Source: a virus
Reading direction: 5' to 3' (one strand)
IMG/VR virus record: IMGVR_UViG_3300012953_000001
Coordinates: 32,001 to 96,000 of that record
Length of the DNA: 64,000 nucleotides
The translations under genes and the position numbers were made by a program. Positions within the stretch are counted from its first letter, which is position 1. Every line of letters starts with the position of its first letter. This document shows positions 56,501-64,000 of this stretch, piece after piece. The notes under the pieces were generated by a model, which saw nothing but the letters and a program-made list of their open reading frames with translations, did not search any database and was not told the DNA's origin.

Positions 56501-59500
56501 CTTTCGCGTTACGAATTTCCGCCAATACAGACTCAGCCACCTCAATCTTCTGGCCGTCAACCATTACGTAGACACCAGAGACCTCCTCAATAAGCTCCCA
56601 GTACTTCACATCTGTAAAGAGGGAGTACTTACTCCCAGTGGCTGGGTTTATGGCTAACTCGGCCCCTTTGGGGTAGAAATACGTATGTGACCTTAGATCC
56701 TTATCCTCGATAATAATCCGCCCATTCAGAGTGTCTGTGGGCTCCTCGATATGGATAATCTGCCCCTCTACCTCAGAATAGGGCAAGTCAAAGAAAGACT
56801 GGACAGCTAGTTGTAAGTTGTCGAAGTGTGGTCCACTCATGAACGCAAACCACACCGCCTTGGTTAAGGTAAGGTAGTCTACGTCAGCATCGTATTCATC
56901 CACCAGATCTCTTGGAAGACCTACGTACAGACCAAAGTTATTTTGTATGGTCTCCCAGTTATCGAAGTAAGAAAGCTCCGCCCAGAATCGATCAGGTCCC
57001 GGAGTGTAGGAACAGTACTTTGGTGCCCAGAAATACAACTTCTCAGCAGTGTGTCTTAGCGGTCTATCTAGTGTAAGTGACCCATCACTGTTGTATGAAA
57101 GGACTTGGTACTGCGCCGCATCACCCGCGCCTATGCATATGGTCTCTACATTTTCAATGCGGGGGTCAGAACCGATAAAACTGAGGTTTCCGTGTAGGTT
57201 GAACAGTGTTGATAGTGCTGTATGCACCATAAGCTTGCTATCAGGATAAACTCTGTTGCTTCCCGCCTCGCTACGCACTGTTCCGTGGTACCAGTCTTGA
57301 ATGTGAATACGGCTACCCTTGATATGGAAGTCGAGGTTCTCATTCATTTCAGGCTCTAGGGTGTCCACCCCAAGTCTCGGAATGCTTACAAGGTCTGTGG
57401 CCTTCCCTAGCTTCCTAGATAAGACAATCTTTTTGGGAGACAGCGTAATAGATACGAGGTCTTTTTGTTCCCAAAACTGCTCCTCCCCAGCAAGTATGGA
57501 CTGTGCAATTAGTCCAGACAACAAAGGCCCCCAGTCCACAAAGAGGCACTGTCCCCCGACCCCTAAAATGGTTAGTGGTACCTCAATCTCTGAGTTTGTG
57601 TACGGGTTTTCAAAGCAGAATAGTACGTAATCTCCAAGAGACAGGTCATATTGGCTAAGGTCTAGCTCGTCCCCAATTTTTACGTACGCAGACTGCTCTA
57701 CTTCAATATTTCTTGCTTCACGAAGATGGTCCCACTCACGCGCAAACCCATCGACTGTCTGCACCTCGATCTGTTTATCGCCAGTACCCTCAGATAGTTT
57801 CACAGCGTTCGCTAATAAATTAGGACCCACCTCAGCAATGGTGACAAGCTTCGGATTCTCGTCGTTCTCATCGAAAACACGAATTGTATCCAAACTGGGG
57901 TCAACAACATTGGCTAAAGGATACGTGGGGTCGTCAAAAACAACGCTCTTGGCAGGCGTTGTCTGCGTGAGTAGTGAGGTGTCCCGTGTAAAGTAGCCAC
58001 CCGTTCTTTGTGCCAGTACCTCGAATGATGGGAACGTGTCCTTACTAGACCCGGTTATAGCCCAAGAAAACTTCGTTGGGTCTACTGTGTCACTCCCAAT
58101 CACACCTACTAGGTCAATCACCTTTGGTGCGTGTAACGTGCTACGAAGGAGCGCCTTTCCTACTGACAGCGGGGCTGTAGCCGAATGCTCTATAACTGTG
58201 GCTGTATCAGTAGATGACCCGTAGATAACATCGGAAACATCCAGGTCTTTTACGGTGTAGTTTTCTGGATGAATTATTGTTGCTGTGTACCCTGTTGGTA
58301 CATCGATAGCGGCATCGTAATGCAACCACCGTCTCTGATACCTTCTAGATACGTCTTTTATGGCTTTGGCATAGTCATTCTGCCATGCAGTAACTAAGTC
58401 GGAAGATACCGCTTGTGTTAGAGCCGACCACACAGAAGTTATCTGCGCTTTATCGGGGACAAGATTCCAGAAGTCACTTAGGTATTTCCAAACATATTCG
58501 GAATTTGGTCTATGCCCAATAAGCTGACTTGTCACACCCGCCGTAAAAGTGGCCCTAGAAGGCAAGCTTTCCCTGGTACCGTTATCTACAGTGAGATACG
58601 CCACGTAAACCCCAGGCTTGTCTGGGATAATCACGGGATTCATCAGGTTAGATCCGCTCCCACCGGAGAACTGCACTTCTTGTGTTTTGAGTTTCTCTGT
58701 TCCAGCAGACCCGGCAATCGCTAAGTCTGCCCTAAAAAGAGCGGGGTAAGTCACCTCCTCAAAAGACACTTCATTAGTAGATGGGTCATTGTCTTGGTCC
58801 ACTGCCGCTGGCTGTGAGAAATTTATTACGGTTGATCCGCCCGAAATCTCAATGTTGTAGCCCGCTGCTAAATTATTAGAGAACGCAGTAACCAAGTCAC
58901 CAGCGGTTGTGGTGACCTCCCCATCGTTGTCTACACCCAGCACAATGGATAGAACCTTGCTCACAGTGTCCCAAGACATGCTTAGCAAAGAATTGTTGGG
59001 TCCCTTAGTGGCAGACACTTTGAAATCATTCGCCCACCTAGTGGGCTTGGTGTATGTCAAAACTACGGCGGTTAGAGGGTCCGGGTTGAGCGGGTCAATT
59101 GAGTTGGGGTCATCTATGATTATATCCGCAGTGGCGTACGACGCCCCCTGCATAATACAATTGCTCCCATCAGGGACTAAATCAAACTCCCAATTATAGA
59201 TAATATTCTTTCCACCGGGGTCGTAACTCTTTGCACCAATAAGTGTTTGTGACGTACCTATCTGGGTTTGATACACCGTGTAAGCATCAGCAATCGGTCT
59301 GTCTTCTGGAATCACTCTAGAGCTAGACAGCCGGATAGAGCCAAAAGAAAAAATTGATAGCTCTCCGTCTTCAAACTCTTGCTCTGAGTCCCAAGAAGAC
59401 AGTTTGAGCTTGGAGGGAGCGCTCGACTGCAAGTAAATGCAATCGTTTAGCTTGCCCGAAGATTTCTTAGCTGCGAGGTTGTACTTGAGAACTGCCTCTG

Positions 59501-60128
59501 TAATGTCTGGGTCAATCCCATAAGCACTATCAGAAGGAGCTACATAGATAGCGATTCTTCCGCTCCCGCTACTGACAATTGCTCGCAGATTTAGGCCGTC
59601 AATAAACGTCCCATCTGTTTTGAAGAGTAAATTCTTCGAGCCTGCCAGTATGGTTGGGCTTGGATCTTCTGGGTATGAGGCAAGCGCGATCCCTTCGTAT
59701 GAGAATAAGAAACCAGCAGTGTAGCTTTGTTGGTTGACCGCGCCCACAAACAGACGGTTATCAGGATTCCTGAAATCCAAGGGAATCTGTCTGACGCCTG
59801 TGTCCTCATCTTCATTCGGAAGGAAAATATCAAACTCAAAAGTAAAGCTTTCAGGAACTCCGAAGGGCAGAGCCTCAGACACCTGCAAAGAAGACTTCCT
59901 AACCGTATCAGTCACAACCCCTTGCGCGTCAGCAACCAGAGTGGTGAAGGAATCAGCAGTTACAACATTCCCTAAGGACGTTGCATATGCACTGATTGGG
60001 TTAGGTACTTCTGGCGCAACATACACGACCGCGTCATCAGATAAGGTCCTGTCGTTGGGGTCAGTGGTCTCTGCGGCCCTAAACGTCCAATCACATATAT
60101 CAAACTTTGCTGATGAGGGTAATGACAT
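53544..60128 (-). CDS. large baseplate wedge-like structural protein
   Basis: 2194 aa; PKD-like segment (KSYDPGG...YNWEF...PGVYVAYLTVDNG); adjacent to fibre genes. Confidence 0.65.
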   Translation of the reverse strand: MSLPSSAKFDICDWTFRAAETTDPNDRTLSDDAVVYVAPEVPNPISAYATSLGNVVTADSFTTLVADAQGVVTDTVRKSSLQVSEALPFGVPESFTFEFDIFLPNEDEDTGVRQIPLDFRNPDNRLFVGAVNQQSYTAGFLFSYEGIALASYPEDPSPTILAGSKNLLFKTDGTFIDGLNLRAIVSSGSGRIAIYVAPSDSAYGIDPDITEAVLKYNLAAKKSSGKLNDCIYLQSSAPSKLKLSSWDSEQEFEDGELSIFSFGSIRLSSSRVIPEDRPIADAYTVYQTQIGTSQTLIGAKSYDPGGKNIIYNWEFDLVPDGSNCIMQGASYATADIIIDDPNSIDPLNPDPLTAVVLTYTKPTRWANDFKVSATKGPNNSLLSMSWDTVSKVLSIVLGVDNDGEVTTTAGDLVTAFSNNLAAGYNIEISGGSTVINFSQPAAVDQDNDPSTNEVSFEEVTYPALFRADLAIAGSAGTEKLKTQEVQFSGGSGSNLMNPVIIPDKPGVYVAYLTVDNGTRESLPSRATFTAGVTSQLIGHRPNSEYVWKYLSDFWNLVPDKAQITSVWSALTQAVSSDLVTAWQNDYAKAIKDVSRRYQRRWLHYDAAIDVPTGYTATIIHPENYTVKDLDVSDVIYGSSTDTATVIEHSATAPLSVGKALLRSTLHAPKVIDLVGVIGSDTVDPTKFSWAITGSSKDTFPSFEVLAQRTGGYFTRDTSLLTQTTPAKSVVFDDPTYPLANVVDPSLDTIRVFDENDENPKLVTIAEVGPNLLANAVKLSEGTGDKQIEVQTVDGFAREWDHLREARNIEVEQSAYVKIGDELDLSQYDLSLGDYVLFCFENPYTNSEIEVPLTILGVGGQCLFVDWGPLLSGLIAQSILAGEEQFWEQKDLVSITLSPKKIVLSRKLGKATDLVSIPRLGVDTLEPEMNENLDFHIKGSRIHIQDWYHGTVRSEAGSNRVYPDSKLMVHTALSTLFNLHGNLSFIGSDPRIENVETICIGAGDAAQYQVLSYNSDGSLTLDRPLRHTAEKLYFWAPKYCSYTPGPDRFWAELSYFDNWETIQNNFGLYVGLPRDLVDEYDADVDYLTLTKAVWFAFMSGPHFDNLQLAVQSFFDLPYSEVEGQIIHIEEPTDTLNGRIIIEDKDLRSHTYFYPKGAELAINPATGSKYSLFTDVKYWELIEEVSGVYVMVDGQKIEVAESVLAEIRNAKVTMYSKLVDVVTIADYISDPDLIDRQFGGNSYTYIDEQGNTHIVDQTPTQIEKYHKFVVDVPMAVTQSTQVFPLIKTFLDDAKPAYTDFILIGSLQLTDEISVVDTPYLYPTLSLKDTPHTSPFWALNDQNVLWDNSVAQQEAHPVVPKSREDLLWPKSKTYEKVASIDYTDLLTQAIAEDLLPGGFNVTFSAGANPPITAEYTIQTGANFAYGEVVTPLQPPQPPHVLSNANLTNLGVAWHSGAQSFGFFVGDQFHIMDKTVSGTGGLPTNGAPAFVLAKFSQTNAGMNLLGLEGVIEKIYLFADPAADILNNHPPVVTYWDKEDVLEKYESGYCEGVLDDYSGDGSWNFKRKTLDMVNTLSSDIDVVRSRIMVPVLKDTTPAQEDIEFQIGEPIEVHINTTGKVDAGIWEVAPPVILHIGAGVHPKIPAWDPLKVWTGIFSPQHEHPNTYLLLGFDRSDTDELNEWDVEPLQQNYNAYGDESRLDVLTNIYDNTVWAPGMSLQIVGKWSGAIAELVPPLDEQVIRRSHEPHVSYPGQINPPEYPYFLLETIWQQDKLIEYGPASDPSLILTKYLPVDSGAGPFPNGSGGITIKSWQQSSPTFDGSYVETSAKFGGIIAAITAGGGMGPDPEVQTMHPHHLIAGDMVRIWNTDQTTIAPGTVKLNGEYAVSNVINANAFEITAPDAVEAGTFGYLGHSPEFYQLAEKHEKEVQQHPYRSSVPGNEQFIPSNSPGVYSDWQNVINTNITKLTYGYEDVGALDSMNAVNIQDFNQSPLVSAYLQNIHYGLKIRPRKDYHYTHGFTEFFIPPPAVKMIVPSSAGFDIRICGFYFCNDDPTRVRIPTSTPDSYGDPSIQQGIIGGSWVFFRSSTTGLEIPVDSYHFEQGVNPGQLVTYLGKDRDGDQHFLYGGPDQPSDGHVLELHVPDNLPEYGYYDIIVRNYRPYQMKSGGVWQYHMDEDVVPKAFYHSQDGWGVNAWGTGPFGGV

Positions 60129-60129
60129 C

Positions 60130-63100
60130 TTATCTCGCCTTGTTGAGGATAATGCCTGCCAAATCCTCCATAATATGGAAGCGCTTGTTCAGGTAGATTA
60201 TATTTTCGTCCCGAACGATACGTACAACACGATTCTCATCATGAGTTAAGAACGCAACCTTCTGTGGGAACTCAACGTAGCCCACGCCTTTTCGAGCCAG
60301 CAACGCGGCAACGTCATAAAGCTCAAGCGGTTTGTTGGGATACAGGGTCTTGAAAAAATCCTCCAAAAGGCCGAAGACTTCTGAGTTCCCTAGCGAGGTG
60401 TCTCCATAGCTCAACCCGGCCAAAGGATACGCTGGGAAATAGTGTCGAGAGAGTGGGTTGTTGCATACAACGCGCAGGTCTCGGCTGAGTAAAAGTGATT
60501 GTACATCTTGTACCGGCTGTGACCTTTCGTAGGTCAAAGTTACCTCTGCGCCAGGAAGCGCATAGACATCTTTTAGGTCGCCCGATGTATCAGACAGCGC
60601 TATTGCTGTGGTCCTAATACTCGACTCCTCCCCAAGACTGTAGGAGTAGTTGCTATTCTTTACAACGACCTCGTACCCAAGAGATTTGTGATTGATCACA
60701 TCAAGCTGTTGCTGGTCGTCAACCAGCCCATCTTTCACATTGGGGTCATATGAGGTCAGTGTGATTTTAGCGGAGTACAGACCATACTCATTCGGGACCA
60801 TGTCCGTTGGGTACACGCGCTGGTACTTCTCACGCAACACATCCACGAACACCACTTCAGGGTCTCCTGCTACCGGAGTAGGTTGCCCATCTGAGTTAAC
60901 CACCGAGATACGCCACTGCGCATTCCCTGTGCCTGTGCTGGCGGAGTCTACGTACGTGACGGCTGTGACTGTGTAGGGGTCAAATAGCTCCCACCCTGCT
61001 GGGTAGAAGTTATTGTCCTGGTGGTCTAATGTCTGGCACCTAAGCTCCTCCAGAACACCAATGGTTCCCTCATTAAGCAACTGTACTGCTTTGCTGGAGG
61101 CTATCTGTAGATAGTAATGCTCTGCATTCGTGGGATCTTCCCAGATAGATGCTTTGAGGGAGTCCCCCACCTGACGGTTAATATCCGCCACTGCTTGCTC
61201 TAGCGTGGTCGGGTTTGGACCACTGAAGCTTACAGACCTTCGTTCCCCATCTATCAAGATGGTCAAGACCTTACCTGCGAGGGTAAGATTCTCATCCTCT
61301 AGGAATGGGTCTTGTCCATTAAACAGGTTGGAACGGAACTGCCGCGTCTTTATTACTAAACGATCTCCAACAGAAATCCCATGCTTAAAGAAGTTCTCGT
61401 CTTCACTGATGATAACCCCAGGCGTTGCCGGGTTGATCGTTAAATCAGACGATGCGTAATCTGTTGAGTAAAGCAGAGCGGACTCTAAGGGGGACGGCCT
61501 AAACTGGTATGTCTTTTTGTCGGCCACACTTTTGTAGCTGAAGATTGTATCGGGCCCTGCTTCAAAATACGTCGGGTCTCGGAATACAATCTCTGCACTA
61601 CCAATAGCAGGTCTGCCCAAGGTGAATCTGATGTTCTCAATACTGCTTAATAAGCCTTCAATGGGCCTATCCAAAATCAGTGTGTTGAGCGATGTGCCCC
61701 CAGCAGCATTATCTGTGTCCGTATGCGTAAACCCTTCTACATAAAAATACTTATCCGGGTCTTCAAGAGTATCAATCCGAACAACGTCATACTTGAGTAC
61801 GTTCCACTCAGTAACAAAGTCCTCGCCCTCATGCACAACTAAGTGTGCTTTGGGGTTAGCCGCGTTACCGTTTTCATCGGCACCAATGAGAATTGTAGGT
61901 TCCCATGTTCCTATGGGGTCTTCTCCGATTGATTCCTCATTGATCGGATCGTCATTCATCCCTGCGAACGAGCTAGAGATAATATCTACAGGGTTCTTGT
62001 ATGGAACCGAAACGCCCTCCGTGTCTCCTCCTGAGAGGGAAACAGCTTTAAGCCTAACCAGAGGTAATTCAACACCTGCGGCTTGCTTAGAGTAAACCCT
62101 GTAAGAAAGTCCCGAACCTGTTTCAGGAATAGACTCCTCCAGTACCAGAGTGTTTAGATTCTTACCAATAATCCGGTATTCCCCACGAGACGTATTAGAA
62201 TCGATAGAAATATAAAGAGACGTGTCCGAAGGGCTTGTTCCAAAGTTAAATCCAGAAGGACAGAAAACAGAGAAATCGTTCTTCTGCACAACTAGGTCGT
62301 TGCCTTGTTGGTGAACAACGAGCGGTTTATTAATGCTAGTTGTGCACCCAAACAACGCTCTAAACCTTAGGTTCGCATACGCAGCCCCGTCAGGAAATTT
62401 ACCGTCGATCCTCACACCACCATTTGGGGAAGACGACTGTGTATGAATAGCCCGGAAAAACCTCGGTTGCAGGTCGCCAGAAGGTGGGTCCAGAATTTCA
62501 ATAACTAGATTATCTAGCGAAATGTCCGTCCCTGGTGCGGGGTCATAGTGTTGAACAATAGCTGCCAGTAAATCACCGCTGTCAAAATGCGTTGGGTCAG
62601 TAACTGCGTCAATGCCACCATCAGAAGCAGACACAAGGACCTCGTGTGACGGAGGCGGGTCTTGCGGCGTAGGCGCTGGAAGCGCGTCCGGGTCTATCGC
62701 TTCTGGCTGTAGCAAAATAGGTGCAGTCGTTTGTTCAGCGACAGAGGTTGCCTTGATGTAGACATCGGTCATCCCGCCGATGTGAACCTCATTAGCCTTA
62801 ATCTCGAAATCTCCCCCAAACCAATCAGGGAATGGAGTACTGCCTGGAATACCAGAAACTACAATGCCAGAGTCTTCGGTATCCTCTGCCGCTTGCGCGT
62901 AAACCTGCACAATCTGATTGTTTAACAGGCGGTTTGTGGAGATAGGGTTTGCGTATGGAAACTCTACTCCACCGTAGTGCGCGGGACCAGATGGGTGTGG
63001 CACTAAAAACCCGGAGCTTCCCGTGTAATTAATGTAGGACATCTCATCCAGATCAAACTCTGTTACTGTCGGGTCTTGTGGATTTTTGAGTTTTGTCGCA

Positions 63101-64000
63101 CCGGGAACAACCGGTAACGAACAGCGCGTAAGAATATAATCGTCAAGAGTCCCATCTCCGTCTAAGTCTAGGGCCGTGCCTGCTACGGTACTTCCGGTAA
63201 GTGTGTAACGGGCCTTTGCGTAAGACATCTGGTCTGCCGAGTCATACTGCCCAGTGGGCCACACGTGCGCGTGACCTTTTCCTTGTGCGTCCATGCTGAT
63301 TGCTTCACCAGAAATACATGCTGCGGAGGCGGGTGCCCCCAAGCTTCTGTGAGCCTCTGTGAAGCCTTTGCCTAATCTAAGCCATAAAGCTCGTCGTTTA
63401 TTTACTTCACCATCATTCTCGCTCCACCTGTAGGTGGTGGCGTGGTTGTCGCCCGTATCAGGATCCCATCTGCTGCCACGGTAGTTACTATTTCCACGAG
63501 CAACAACGTGCCCAGTTGTTGTGCTCAGAGTATCTGTACCGTACATGCCCGGTCGTTTATAGGCAGGGGCATAGGCGAAATCATCATAAGAAACACCAAG
63601 GTCTCCACTGGGAGAAATGGTCTCTACTTTGTTCCGGTAGACAGACCAACAGACCTTAAACGGGTTTAGGTAATAGTTGTAGCCTATGGTAAACGCTGGT
63701 GACTCCCTGTTAGGGTCGTTCGCATTTAGTGCTTGGTTTGAGCCTCCGACCTGTGGGATCTCATTTGCGTTAAACTCAAGAGTAATAAGGCCCTGGGAGT
63801 ACTCTATCTCAGCCTTCTCAACCCAAAGACCGTTGACCTCCTCAAGCTCTAGAGCAAGATTAACTGCGTCCTGTAGGTTGGCTGCTCCCACAGCCGCTGC
63901 CATAGCATCAATAGGCGTAGGCCAAACCTGTGTCAGCCTCCCATCCCCAGTATCATCAAAAATATACCAAGTACCTGCGTTGTCAGGGTCTTTGTTAATG
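60130..64000 (-). CDS. baseplate structural protein, 5'-truncated by the window edge
   Basis: frame stays open upstream of 63903 to the window end (INKDPDNAGTWYIFDDTGDGRLTQVWPTPIDAMAAA...). Confidence 0.65.
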   Translation of the reverse strand, partial: INKDPDNAGTWYIFDDTGDGRLTQVWPTPIDAMAAAVGAANLQDAVNLALELEEVNGLWVEKAEIEYSQGLITLEFNANEIPQVGGSNQALNANDPNRESPAFTIGYNYYLNPFKVCWSVYRNKVETISPSGDLGVSYDDFAYAPAYKRPGMYGTDTLSTTTGHVVARGNSNYRGSRWDPDTGDNHATTYRWSENDGEVNKRRALWLRLGKGFTEAHRSLGAPASAACISGEAISMDAQGKGHAHVWPTGQYDSADQMSYAKARYTLTGSTVAGTALDLDGDGTLDDYILTRCSLPVVPGATKLKNPQDPTVTEFDLDEMSYINYTGSSGFLVPHPSGPAHYGGVEFPYANPISTNRLLNNQIVQVYAQAAEDTEDSGIVVSGIPGSTPFPDWFGGDFEIKANEVHIGGMTDVYIKATSVAEQTTAPILLQPEAIDPDALPAPTPQDPPPSHEVLVSASDGGIDAVTDPTHFDSGDLLAAIVQHYDPAPGTDISLDNLVIEILDPPSGDLQPRFFRAIHTQSSSPNGGVRIDGKFPDGAAYANLRFRALFGCTTSINKPLVVHQQGNDLVVQKNDFSVFCPSGFNFGTSPSDTSLYISIDSNTSRGEYRIIGKNLNTLVLEESIPETGSGLSYRVYSKQAAGVELPLVRLKAVSLSGGDTEGVSVPYKNPVDIISSSFAGMNDDPINEESIGEDPIGTWEPTILIGADENGNAANPKAHLVVHEGEDFVTEWNVLKYDVVRIDTLEDPDKYFYVEGFTHTDTDNAAGGTSLNTLILDRPIEGLLSSIENIRFTLGRPAIGSAEIVFRDPTYFEAGPDTIFSYKSVADKKTYQFRPSPLESALLYSTDYASSDLTINPATPGVIISEDENFFKHGISVGDRLVIKTRQFRSNLFNGQDPFLEDENLTLAGKVLTILIDGERRSVSFSGPNPTTLEQAVADINRQVGDSLKASIWEDPTNAEHYYLQIASSKAVQLLNEGTIGVLEELRCQTLDHQDNNFYPAGWELFDPYTVTAVTYVDSASTGTGNAQWRISVVNSDGQPTPVAGDPEVVFVDVLREKYQRVYPTDMVPNEYGLYSAKITLTSYDPNVKDGLVDDQQQLDVINHKSLGYEVVVKNSNYSYSLGEESSIRTTAIALSDTSGDLKDVYALPGAEVTLTYERSQPVQDVQSLLLSRDLRVVCNNPLSRHYFPAYPLAGLSYGDTSLGNSEVFGLLEDFFKTLYPNKPLELYDVAALLARKGVGYVEFPQKVAFLTHDENRVVRIVRDENIIYLNKRFHIMEDLAGIILNKAR

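Noticed and set aside
313-63669. Numerous short antisense or alternate-frame ORFs in the track
   Set aside because: They are shadows of longer genes, lack RBS and show no recognisable motifs
1-64000. Stop-codon reassignment
   Set aside because: Long intact ORFs and tight gene packing under the standard code, with TAA, TAG and TGA all used as stops at gene junctions
1-64000. tRNA, rRNA or large ncRNA genes
   Set aside because: Intergenic gaps are short and no cloverleaf or T-loop motif was recognised; a tRNAscan-SE/Infernal run would be needed to exclude them fully

Overview
The window is a gene-dense segment of a large tailed (myovirus-like) phage genome, not a cellular chromosome, and it has three blocks. 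(1) 403-21718, minus strand: virion/head module with a protein-kinase-like protein, a SNF2 ATPase, a J-domain protein, Gly/Ala-rich putative ejection proteins, a probable scaffold, a baseplate spike, a 2090-aa single-chain beta-beta' fused cellular-type RNA polymerase (NADFDGD intact) and a portal-like protein with a Zn-finger insertion. (2) 21804-38621, plus strand: replication/recombination module (XRE HTH, SF2 helicase, degenerate UDG, DnaB-like helicase, DnaG, SSB, family A DNA polymerase, GIY-YIG, RecA-like, Hjc-like, Cas4-like, RusA, AT-hook protein). (3) 38681 to the window end, minus strand: tail fibre, tailspike and baseplate genes. Three observations stand out. A recurring [hydrophobic/E]-K-x-A motif marks the head-module proteins and may be a maturation-protease site. 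A conserved promoter-like motif, GGnATAAG(A/C)A with an upstream (G)CA at fixed spacing, precedes all four plus-strand transcription units. Together these suggest a virion-packaged transcription and host-takeover kit. All product calls come from motif recognition by eye, without database searches.
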